A program made the position numbers and the translations under genes. 64,000 nucleotides of DNA from Heterodontus francisci (Eukaryota), in assembly GCF_036365525.1 (NCBI RefSeq), contig NC_090396.1, positions 2,976,001 through 3,040,000 of the forward strand. The letters run 5' to 3'. Each line of letters begins with the position of its first letter. Position 1 is the first letter of the stretch. The notes under the pieces are model-generated. The model worked only from the letters and a program-made list of their open reading frames with translations, was not told the DNA's origin and searched no databases. Positions 52,177 through 63,200 of this stretch are shown here, piece by piece.

Positions 52177-52511
52177 GGTTAGCACCGCAGCCTCACAGCT
52201 CCAGGGACCCGGGTTCGATTCCGGGTACTGCCTGTGTGGAGTTTGCAAGTTCTCCCTGTGTCTGCGTGGGTTTTCTCCGGGTGCTCCGGTTTCCTCCCAC
52301 AAGCCAAAAGACTTGCAGGTTGATAGGTAAATTGGCCATTATAAATTGTCACTAGTATAGGTAGGTGGTAGGGAAATATAGGGACAGGTGGGGATGTTTG
52401 GTGGGAATATGGGATTAGTGTAGGATTAGTCTAAATGGGTGGTTGATGTTCGGTACAGACTCGGTGGGCCGAAGGGCCTGTTTCAGTGCTGTATCTCTAA
52501 TCTAAAAAAAA
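52177..52511 (+). mobile_element. V-SINE duplicate
   Basis: Same sequence and context as 47170-47504. Confidence 0.9.
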
Positions 52512-52700
52512 TTGAACAGCAGCAAGTGCAAACCTGAAGAAAAACAACCTGAAAAAAACAGTGGGTAAGCAAACTGAACAAACTAAGATGAAATGAAATA
52601 AATGCAAAAAAAGATTGTAAAACATGTAAAAAGGAATGTAAACAAAAAGGAAGAAAAAATAACTAAAAATGACTAAAAATGAAAGTAAAGTGGGGGGCTG

Positions 52701-55452
52701 TCATGCTCTGAAATTATTGAACTCAATGTTCAGTCCGGCAGGCTGTAGTGTGCCTAATCAGTAGATGAGATGCTGTTCCTCGAGCTTGCGTTGATGTTCA
52801 CTGGAACACTGCAGCAATCCCAGGACAGAGATGTGAGCATGAGAGCAGGGGGGAGTGTTGAAATGGCAAGCAAACGGAAGCTCAGGGTCCTGCTTGCGGA
52901 CTGAGCGTAGATGTTCCGCAAAGCGGTCACCCAGTCTGCGCTTGGTCTCCCCAATGTCGAGGAGACCACACTGTGAGCAGCGAATACAGTATACTACATT
53001 GAAAGAAGTACAAGTAAATCGCTGCTTCACCTGAAAGGAGTGTTTGGGGCCTGGGATAGTGAGGAGAGAGGAGGTAAATGGGCAGGTATTACACCTCCTG
53101 CGATTGCAAGGGAAGGTGCCCTGGGACGGGGACGAGGTGGTGGGGGTAATGGAGGAGTGGACCAGGGTGTCGCGGAGGGAATGATCCCTTCGGAATGCTG
53201 ACAGGGGAAGGGAGGGGAAGATGCGACTGGTAGTGGCATCACGCTGGATTTGGCGAAAATGGCGGAGGATGATCCTTTGGATATGGAGGCTGGTGGGATG
53301 AAAAGTGAGGACAAGGGGAACCCTGTCACGGTTCTGGGAGGGAGGGGAAGGGGTGAGGGTAGAGGTGCGGGGAATGGGTCGGACACAGTTGAGGGCCCTG
53401 TCAACCACAGTGGGGGGAAATCCTCGGTTGAGGAAAAAGGAGGTCATATCAGAAGCACCGTCATGGAAGGTAGCATCATCAGAGCAGATGCGTCGGAGAC
53501 GGAGAAACTGGGAGAATGGAATGGAGTCCTTACAGGAGGTAGGGTGTGAAGAAGTGTAGTCGAGGTAACTGTGGGAGTCAGTGGGCTTATAATGGATATT
53601 GGTAGACAACCTATCCCCAGAGATGGAGACAGAGAAGTCGAGGAAGGGAAGGGAAGTGTCAGAGATGGACCATGTAAAGGTGAGAGAAGGGTGGAAATTG
53701 GAAGCAAAGTTGATAAAGTTTTCTAGTTCGGGACGGGAGCAGGAAACGGCACCGATACAGTCATCAATGTTCCGGAAAAAGAGTTGGGGGAGGGGGCGTG
53801 AGTAGGACTGGAACAAAGAATGCTCGACATATCCCACAAAAAGACAGGCATAACTAGGACCCATGCGGGTACCCATAGCGACACATTTTACTTGAAGGAA
53901 ATGCATGGAGTTGAAGGAGAAGTTGTTCAATGTGAGAACAAGTTCAGCCAGGCGGAGGAGGGTGTTGGTGGATGGGGACTGGTTGGGCCTCGGTTCCAGG
54001 AAGAAGCGGAGAGCCCTCAAACCATCCTGGTGGGGGATGGAGGTGTAGAGCGATTGGACGTCCATAGTGAAGAGGAGGCGGTTGGGACCAGGAAACTGGA
54101 AATTGTCAAAATGACGTAGGGCGTCAGAAGAGTCACGGATGTAGGTGGGAAGAGACTGGACCAGCGGAGAAAAGATAGAGTCTAGATAGGAAGAAATAAG
54201 TTCAGTGGGGCAGGAGCAGGCTGACACAATGGGTCTGCCGGGACAGTCCCGTTTGTGGATTTTGGGAAGGAGGTCGAAGCGTGCTGTCCGGGGTTGCGGG
54301 ACTATGAGGTTGGAAGCTGTAGAGGGAAGATCTCCAGAGGAGATGAGGTCAGTGACAGTCCTTTGGACGGTGGCTTGATGTTCGGTGGTGGGGTCATGGT
54401 CCTGAGGGAGGTAGGAAGAGGTGTCTGTGAGTTGGCGTTGAGCTTCTGCAAGGTAGAGGTCGGTACGCCATACAACAGCAGCACCACCCTTGTCTGCAGG
54501 TTTGATGACCATGTCGGGGTTAGACCTGAGAGAACGGAGTGCCTCAAGTTCAGAGGGGGACAGGTTACAGTGAGTGAGGGGGGCAGAGAAATTGAGACGA
54601 CCAATGTCTCGCCGACAGTTTTCAATGAAGAGATCAAGAGCGGGTAAGAGGCCAGGGGGTGGGGTCCAGGTAGAGGGAGAATGCTGGAGGCGGGTGAATG
54701 GGTCTGCTGGTCGGGGGGAGGACTCCTGGTCGAAGAAGTGAGCCCGGAGGCGGAGGCGACGGAAGAAGAGCTGAACGCCATGCCGAGCGCGAAATTCATT
54801 GAGGTGGGGGCGTAAAGGGATAAAACTGAGACCTTTGCTGAGTACAGAACGCTCAGCATCAGAGAGGGGGAGGTCAGAGGGTATAGTGAATACACGGCAA
54901 GGGGTCAGATCAGAAGGGGTGGGGTCAGAGGGAAGTGAAGCGGAAGGAGGATCTGGAGGGGCATTAGTCCCCATCAGCTGCTGGAACTTGCGTTCCTTAA
55001 CACCTGAAAGAAAGAAAGAAATGTTTTTTGTTAATGCGTCGGATGAGACGTAAGATGAGATGAAACTGCGGAGTAGAACAGATTTGAGATAAGGTGAGAC
55101 GGTGCTGCTGGAGAGAGAGGTCCTGTGTGTGCATATGGCGGCGCATAGCACTGAGTGTGGATCTCAGGATGCGGCGAGAGTAGCAGTCCGAGGAACGTTG
55201 TATTTCTCGGAGATACCTGTGATCCTGGGTGGTTTCAAAGCATGATGGGTGAAACTGCAGTTGGAATCCACGTGGAATCAGTCGGAGCCGGAGACAGTCA
55301 CTGAGGAAGGAGATGTGGCTGTGAAAACGAGTTTTGGTAGATACCTTATCAAACACCAGGAGGGAAATAGAAAGCAATGAAGGTGAACAAGGTAAAAGAG
55401 ACAAACGAAAATCCCGTCGGAGAGAAGAGCAGAACTTCTTCAAGGTAGGCAT
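52701..55452 (-). pseudogene. Penelope ORF copy 2, with an additional 1-nt frameshift near 55010-55022
   Basis: Split into ORFs 54997..55452 and 52758..55151. Confidence 0.9.
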
Positions 55453-55587
55453 TCCTGGAAGAGAAGTGGCAGTGAATTAAACACTAAAATAAAAGCAAAA
55501 TACTGCGGATGCTGGAAATCTGAAACAAAAACAAGAAATGCTGGATTCACTCAGCGGGTCTGGCAGCATCTGTGGAAAGAGAAGCAG

Positions 55588-55625
55588 AGTTAACGTTTCG
55601 GGTCAGTGACCCTTCTTCGGAACTG
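55588..55625 (-). ncRNA. Minimal type I hammerhead ribozyme motif (Penelope copy 2, 5' repeat)
   Basis: Identical motif. Confidence 0.7.
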
Positions 55626-56889
55626 ACAAATATTAGAAAAGTCACTGATTATAAACAAGTGAGGTGGGGGTTGGGCAAGAGATAACAAAGGAGAAGAGGG
55701 TGTAGAAGGTTGGGTTAGTAAATATGCGGATGACACGAAGGTCGGTGGAGTTGTGGATAGTGCCGAAGGATTTTGTAGGTTACAGAGGGACATAGATAGG
55801 CTGCAGAGCTGGGCTGAGAGATGGCAAATGGAGTTTAATGCGGAAAAGTGTGAGGTGATTCACTTTGGAAGGAGTAACAGGAATGCAGAGTACTGGACTA
55901 ATGGGAAGATTCTTGGTAGTGCAGATGAGCAGAGAGATCTTGGTGTCCAGGTACATAAATCCCTGAAAGTTGCCACCCAGGTTAATAGGGCTGTTAAGAA
56001 GGCATATGGTTTGTTAGCTTTTATTAGTAGGGGGGTCGGGTTTCGGAGCCACGAGGTCATGCTGCAGCTGTACAAAACTCTGGTGCGGCCGCACCTGGAG
56101 TATTGCGTGCAGTTCTGGTCACCGCATTATAGGAAGGATGTGGAAGCTTTGGAAAGGGTGCAGAGGAGATTTACTAGGATGTTGCCTGGTATGGAGGGAA
56201 GGTCTTACGAGGAAAGGCTGAGGGACTTGAGGTTGTTTTCGTTAGAGAGAAGGAGGAGGAGAGGTGACTTAATAGAGACATATAAGATAATCAGAGGGTT
56301 AGATAGGGTGGATAGTGAGAGTCTTTTTCCTCGGATGGTGATGGCAAACACGAGGGGACATAGCTTTAAGTTGAGGGGTGATAGATATAGGACAGATGTG
56401 AGAGGTAGTTTCTTTACTCAGAGAGTAGTAGGGGCGTGGAACGCGCTGCCTGCAACAGTGGTAGACTCGCCAACTTTAAGGGCATTTAAGTGGTCATTGG
56501 ATAGACATATGGATGAAAATGGAATAGTGTAGGTCAGATGGTTTCACAGGTCGGCGCAACATCGAGGGCCGAAGGACCTGTACTGCGCTGTAATGTTCTA
56601 TGTTCTATGTTCTATGTTCTATAACCCACTATGTCCCAGCACATATCATCAGTTCTCGGCACGTTCCCAGGCACGTCTCAAGGGATGAGACATTCCTGGC
56701 GACATCTTTAAGTGCCATTCTGTATGTAGACTCTCGTAACAAGAACAGTTTTCCTTTACAATGGCAACAACACTTGCGAAACAGCATCTGTCAGAGTCCA
56801 AAGTGGCAAAGGGTCCATGTTTGCAGAACAGTATCTCTAACAAAAAAATACTTCGTGTCATTTAAGCCTTGTTGGAAAAAACAGAAGGT

Positions 56890-57490
56890 GAAGTCAGAAA
56901 GCAGGAAACTGTCGACCAGTTAGTAAAACATCTTTCATTCGGAAAATGCTGGTGTTCATTATTAAGGAAGTCGTAGCAGGACATTTGGAAAATCAGAATA
57001 TGATCGGGCAGCGTAAACAAGGATTCTTGAAAATGACATCCTGCTTGACGAATTTATTAGAGTTACTTGAGGATGTAATGAGCAGGGTGAACAAATGGGA
57101 GCAAATAGTTGTCATGAATTTGGATTACAAAAAGGCATTCGCTAACAAGCCACATAAAAGATTAATACACAAGATAAGAGTTCATCATGCTGTGGGTAAT
57201 ATATTAGCTTAGATAGAGAATTGACTAACTGACAAGAAATAGCGGGTCAGGATACTTAGCAAACTGTAGCTAGTCGGTTGCCAAGGGATACGTACTGGAG
57301 CCTCAAATGTTTACAATCTAACCCTTTAGATGAATGGACCAAAAATAACAGAACAAAATTTGGTGATCATATAAAGATAGATACGAGAGCAAGTTTTCAG
57401 GAGGACATAAAGTGCCTGTGAAAGGGGATAGTCTGGTTGCCAGAGTGGTCAAAAACCTGGCAGATGGAATATAATGTGGGCATTGTCAGG
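56890..57490 (+). mobile_element. Decayed CR1 RT fragment
   Basis: HLENQNMIGQRKQGFLKMTSCLTNLLE..LDYKKAFANKPHKRL. Confidence 0.75.
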
Positions 57491-57829
57491 TGTTACAACC
57501 TAGGTTCGAGAAATGCACTGTCTTTCTCTACTTCCACTTCTCCAGATTTATTTTATTTTAATTTCACCCAGTTGCTGATACAGCCAATTCTGTACTTTAT
57601 CTACTTTAGTTGAAGAATAAAAATCCACCAACCAGGTTTTTTTAATAAGCAACAGATTTATATATTTTTTTCTAAAACATGACTAGTCAATAAAGCTTAT
57701 TAACACACAAGTTGAAATATGAAAATATAAATATATTTCCTCTTAAATAACAGAACACACACGCACACATATACCAGTTAAAGGAAAATAAATAAATGAA
57801 TAAGCTTTTCCTGAAGAAATCAACGTTAC
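57491..57829 (-). mobile_element. Probable Gypsy-type LTR portion, interrupted by the ERV
   Basis: Starts tgttacaacc and loosely parallels the reverse complement of the 3' end of the 10352-11184 LTR (tgctacaacc..aaccaggt). Confidence 0.5.
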
Positions 57830-58306
57830 TGTGGAACCTGAGGTGAACCATCCTTGGGCTAGGGGTGAGAGTTTGCTTGGTCAATATGTTTCTCACGAAA
57901 ACTGTTCCTTAGGAATGTCCCATGTCTGGCTGATGAGATAAGAAGAGTGTTGTTGAAGCCTGATGTCTCTTTCTGTTGTTGCGCTGTACCAGCTGCAAGG
58001 CCAATGGTGAGATAGATATGTAAACGAAGGAATGAAAATTACTGCATCTTCTTCGTTTAGAGCAAGAATTAAATTGTAATATTATTGATGCTTTAGAATG
58101 CAAATTAAGGATTGAAATATTGTCGTAAGATTATTGGATGCAGAACAGTATAATTGCCACTGTTTGACTGTAATTCTTCAGAACATCGCATTGAGTCTCA
58201 ATGTGAGCTCAACTGTGTTTGTTCTCCTTGTGCACAAGTTAATAAAGTAGTTTTGCGAGTACTCAGCTGGGAAGTTCTGATTTATTTTGCTCTAGTTTCT
58301 TCCACA
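57830..58306 (+). repeat. ERV 5' LTR (477 bp)
   Basis: 7-bp terminal inverted repeat tgtggaa...ttccaca; TATA-like tataat at 58149; AATAAA at 58241; PBS follows after 6 nt. The 3' LTR is not in the window, so the start is inferred. Confidence 0.8.
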
Positions 58307-58312
58307 GTTTCT

Positions 58313-58330
58313 TGGAGGTTCAACCGAGAT
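58313..58330 (+). promoter_or_regulatory. Primer binding site, tRNA-Gln
   Basis: TGGAGGTTCAACCGAGAT matches the Gln PBS TGGAGGTTCCACCGAGAT at 17/18. Confidence 0.88.
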
Positions 58331-58469
58331 GACGAACCCCCAGAGTGCTAGCACGGGAGAATAGCGTGGTGCCTCGTTGGTCAATGGCTCGATGACCGCG
58401 GCTGCCTGATTTTGGCATGACGAGGTTTTGACCGAGGAAACGCACACGCTCACCTGTGTAGCACTACCG

Positions 58470-58477
58470 GGGTAAGT
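58470..58477 (+). promoter_or_regulatory. Candidate retroviral major splice donor
   Basis: GG|GTAAGT between PBS and gag. Confidence 0.6.
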
Positions 58478-58488
58478 GAGAAGAGTTT

Positions 58489-58683
58489 GAGGGAGGTTCG
58501 AGTCCCCCTCGGGGTTAGAGACCCCGGTTTGACGTCACAGGTTGAGGGAGGTTAGAGTCCCCCTCAGAGGGTGGTTAGAGACCCCCTCGGGGTTAGAGTC
58601 CCCGGCCGGATCCGGAGGAGTTTGAGGGTGGTTAGAGGCCCCCTCGGAGGGTGGTTCGAGTCCCCCTCGGGGTTAGAGGCCCC
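58489..58683 (+). repeat. Array of eight GC-rich hairpins in the ERV leader
   Basis: Five gaggg(a/t)ggtt(a/c)gagNccccctc and three ggggttagagNcccc units. Confidence 0.85.
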
Positions 58684-58764
58684 GTTAGAGCCAGGTTGAC
58701 GAGATTGGTAGGTAATTCGGAAGTCGGCTGGTAAGGTAAAGTCTAATTAGCTTTTGTTGTAATT

Positions 58765-60293
58765 ATGGGAAATTCGTTAACGAAGGGGACTGGGGTCCCC
58801 ACTAAGGGAACATCTAATGCATATATGTACATACATTATGGGCCGGAAAGTATTCTATATATCCCAAGATGGGTGAAGTGGACGCAGGGTAGGTAGAAGA
58901 TGTTTCTGCCCGACGGTACCTTTAATAATGACCGGATTGAGAGTTTGAGATGCGTTCTGGGGGAAATGGAGAAAAGTGGCAGAAAGGGCATAGGTTGGTC
59001 TGCATATCTTATGTGGCAGAGGGAAAAGCAGAAGCATTTAGATGAGTCGCGAAAGAAGAGTCAGGAAAGTGCACGAAGGTCTGAGGAAGTGAGACAGGCA
59101 CCCGAAGCCAGGATCCTGGTCGCGCAAACACAAAAGGGGCCGGTTCCCAAGAAGTCTGAACCTCCTGTTGATCTGGAGGAGGAGGAAGAGGATTGGTCAC
59201 CACTGTATCCACCTCAGCCGGTCCCTTGTGTAGGAGAGCGCGCAGCGCAACCTCACCCTCCACCGCCTTATCAACACTCGGAAAACCCAATTTTTACCTC
59301 AGCCCCTTCATCGGACTTGCACTCCCCTGACAGTACTTCAGGCAGCACGGGGCCTTCCCAGGGCACCAGGTCTCGAGTTTATGTTAGGCAATTGCCCCTC
59401 CGTGCCTTCCCTGGACCAAGGGATAACCCGTGCATGTTTATCATCCCTGGACGCCCTCAGAACTACGGGCTATTGTTGAGACCACCCCCGACCCTAAGGA
59501 GGGTGTTGAAAGGTTTATTCGGAAATTCGAAATTCTTAGGAAATGTCACAGTCCTACTAAAGATGATATGGATGTTGTTCTGGACGCGTGTTTGGGCACG
59601 CACAGGTGGAGGCCGATCCGTGAGCAGGCTCAGTGGCCTGCAGGGGACATTGATACGGATGGTCTGGACCAACTCTGGGCGCGTCTTTGTGAGGCTTTAT
59701 GTAAGTCATTCCCTGATGCTGTGGACTGGCATAAGATCCACAGTACTACTCAAAAGCCTGATGAAGGCGCGCGGGATTATGTTGAACGCTTTCACTCGGT
59801 TTTCCTTAAATGTTCCGGTTTTGCTACTGACGTTGGTATGCCAGCACTTGTCAATGCTCTTGTACGGGGGTTGCAGCCTGACCTTAGAAAAATGTTCACC
59901 CTGACCTGTGTCGGGTGGGAGGGCAAGCAGAATTTGACTGAAGTCGTTAGTGTGCTTCAGCATTGCGAGCGTCAACTTCAGTACCAGACGTCTAAGCCGG
60001 GAGATAAAGGCGCCGGCATGATCTTTTTTGCCGGTCCATCGGGGCCTGGTAGGCGTCAGACGCGATGGGGTCGGAATGGTGGACACGGTAGAAACGAGCA
60101 GGTCTATCGGGGCGGTTATTCAGGTACTTGCTTTACGTGTGGCATAAGGGGACATTGGTCCCAGAATTGCCCCCAGAAAAGGCAGGTGCAAGACCCCGAG
60201 ACAGCGCCATTTCCGCCTCCACCACCCCCGGTATTCCAGCCGGCTCCTTATACCATGCATAACCCTTTTGGCCCATCGGGCCCACAACGATAG
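58765..60293 (+). pseudogene. gag: ERV Gag (stop at 58894-58896, frameshift near 59425)
   Basis: MGNSLT myristoylation start, PPPY late domain 59260-59271, MHR QKPDEGARDYVERF, CCHC knuckle CFTCGIRGHWSQNC 60129-60170, ends TAG. Confidence 0.92.
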
Positions 60294-63200
60294 GGGTGCC
60301 ACGCCCGCCAATTGCCCGTCATTATCGCTGAAGAGCCTATTATACCTTTGGTAGTTAACGGCCGTTTGATGAATTTTTTGATTGATACTGGGGCCACTTA
60401 TTCTGCTATCCGTGCCAGTGAAGTTCCGAATATCCGTCCATCGCAGCAGAGCGTCAGTGTCGTTGGCGTGTCGGGACAACCATTATCACTTCCTGATAAT
60501 GTCAGATGAGGTGCAGTTTTCCCTTTCGGGTAGGACAGGAGAACATCGGTTCCTTCTTGGCACTGATGTACCCGTTAACCTCCTCGGACGGGACTTGCTC
60601 TGCAAGCTCAGATGCACACTGGTTTGTTCCCCTGAAGGTGTTCGTCTAGAGGTTCCTGAATCTACTTACTCAACAGTTTATGCTTTGCTACAGGCGACCG
60701 AGGATTCAGTCTGTCAGTCTGCCCACACGTGTGGTGGTGGAACTTCGGGAATGTCGATCTCTCGCCTCGCCTTAAAGATCTGTTTCTCCATTTATTGACC
60801 AACGAGCAGGTCCAAGAGACTCTGGACGCCTACTCTCAACCCCTGCAGGATTGGCATGATCACCTCCACTGCACAGCCCGTTACTCGGCGGACGGCCCAG
60901 ACCTCCCATACGACCAGAAGGTATCTCCCCAGCTGGGTGAGTGTTATGTCCTCACAATCTCCTCTCTCTGTGCTGGCCCCGATGGGGTCGCTGCATCTGT
61001 CGCTCCACCACCCCCTGCTATGTCTCTCTTTCAGGCCCCGCGGGTTGTAGCCACTCATGTTACACTCTATGTGGCCAAGGGATTCCAGGCCAAGGATCTT
61101 GGCCTTATGGTATCCCACCTCCAACGGAACACCCCTCACTCCAGCTCAGAAACGGGGGAAGGAGTGTTAGCCATCCATGAGCAAGGGGTGCAGCTCCATT
61201 TCCGCTGTCCTCTCGAGTACCCTGCATTTTTCCAGCATAGAGTCTTGTCGCCCCATCCAACTACTGCGCCGGCTTCTGATTTATTGCAGGGAATTCCTGA
61301 TACCCTTTGGGCTAGGGGACCCAATGACGTAGGTCGGGTGCTGTCGGCTGAGCCTTTTAGAGTTCGGCTGGATGCAACGAAACCGTTGCCACGGAAAACT
61401 CAATACCCTCTTAATCCGGAGGCAGAGGACGGTGTGCGCCCTGTCCTGGAAGAACTTCTGCGCCTTGGAGTTGTGGTTAGGACTGCTAGCCCTTGTAACA
61501 CCCCCATTCTCCCTGTTAAAAAGCCAGGAAAGGGTACCTGGCGCTTTGTCCAGGGTTTGCGGGTGGTGAACGCATGCGTTATACCCGCATATCCGGTGGT
61601 CGCTAATCCGACTACTATTCTCACCTGCATCCTTCCCCAATCCACTCACTACACAGTGGTGGATTTGTGTGGCGCCTTTTTCTCTATCCCCGTTCACCCA
61701 GATTCCCAGTTTCTTTTCGCCTTTACCTATAGGGGCCAGCAGTACACTTGGACTCGGTTGCCCCAAGGCTATAACGAGAGTCCAACTATTTTTTCACGCG
61801 CCCTCCAGTCTGATTTGGCCGATGTTTCCTTTCCTGGGGGTTCTACCCTCCTCCAGTATGTTGACGACCTCCTTCTCTGTTCCCCATCCCCGGAAGCCTG
61901 CTTGCAAGACTCTTGCGTCCTTTTGCAAGCCCTAGCTCACAAAGGTCACAAGGCTTCTAAGGATAAATTACAACTTTGCAGTTCTAGAGTTGAGTATTTG
62001 GGGCATGTGCTGGACGGACAGACCCGTCTCCTCTCCCAAAAGCGTGTTGATAGTATTATCTCACTCCCAAGGCCCCGCACTAAGAGGGAACTCACCCACT
62101 TCTTGGGTGTGACTGGCTATTGCCGGCAATGGATTCCCAATTACGCTAATACAAGTCGACCCCTTCAAGACCTAGCCCTCCCCTCAGCCCCCGAAGATCT
62201 CATCTGGAATCCCGAGAAGGAGGCCGCTTTTGCCTCCTTGAAGACTGCTCTATCCTCAGCTCCTGCCTTAGGACTGTCAGACTACCATAAGCCCTTTAAC
62301 CTTTATGTCCATGAGCGAGCTGGGTTTTCCCAAGCCGTTCTCACCCAGCTTCATGGGGGACTTCAGCGACCAGTTGCTTACTATAGCACTCGGCTAGATC
62401 CCGTTGCCCGTGGATATCCCTCTTGCATCTGCTCCATTGCGGCGGCCTATTTGGCCGTCACGTCTGCACAAGGCCTGACACTTGGCTATCCTACTGTACT
62501 TTATGTTCCTCACATGGTCGCGGCCCTTTTAAATCGCTCTGCCACACAGCATTTGACAGCCGCTAGGGTCACCAGATATGAGACCGCGCTCTTGGGCGAC
62601 CCCTCTCAGACCATTATCCGCTGCACTACTCTTAACCCTGCGACTCTCCTGCCAACGGGGGATGACGGTGACCCTCACGATTGCGACACAGTTGTCCACT
62701 TTTCCACCCTTCCTCGGCCAGATTTGCAGGATCACCCGTTATCGAACCCCGAATTTGTCCTCTTCGTTGATGGCTCCTCTATGCGGACTCTACATGGTCA
62801 GCCCCAAACGGGATACGCCGTCTGTGACCCCTACTCTGTCATTGAATCTGCTAGACTACCAGCTACTTGCTCTGCACAAGCTGCCGAACTGTTTGCCCTC
62901 ACGCGAGCATGCGTCCTGGCTTCGGGACAATCTGTTGATATCGACACTGACTCTCGCTCTTCTTTTGGAGTCGCCCATGTCTTTGGACAGTTGTGGAAGC
63001 TCCGTGGCTTCCTTACTTCGTCTGATACCCCGATTCGACATGGACAATTAATTGTTAACCTCCTTTCAGCCGTTCAACTACCATCTTCTCTCGCTGTTAT
63101 TAAATGTGCGGCTCATACCAACGGTAATGACTTAATTTCTCAAGGTAATGATCGGGCAGATCGTGCTGCACGGGCGGCAGCGGCCGATCCTTCCGGGTAC

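Larger units (their letters stand above)
51884..55695 (-). mobile_element. Penelope-like element, copy 2
   Basis: Duplicate of 46877-50687 with the same TSD. Confidence 0.93.
51593..56622 (+). repeat. Unit 2 of the 5007-bp tandem duplication, ending in a (tgttcta)n CR1 tail
   Basis: Near-identical to unit 1; ORF 55753..56532 is an uninterrupted CR1 ORF2 C-terminus. Confidence 0.95.

Noticed and set aside
58511-58525. Resemblance of ggttagagacccc to the flavivirus 3' UTR CS2 motif
   Set aside because: Short, imperfect and fully explained by the retroviral leader hairpins.
60480-60730. Programmed frameshifting around the protease
   Set aside because: The two shifts compensate and fall inside or just after the protease; no slippery heptamer seen, so post-insertion indels are more likely.
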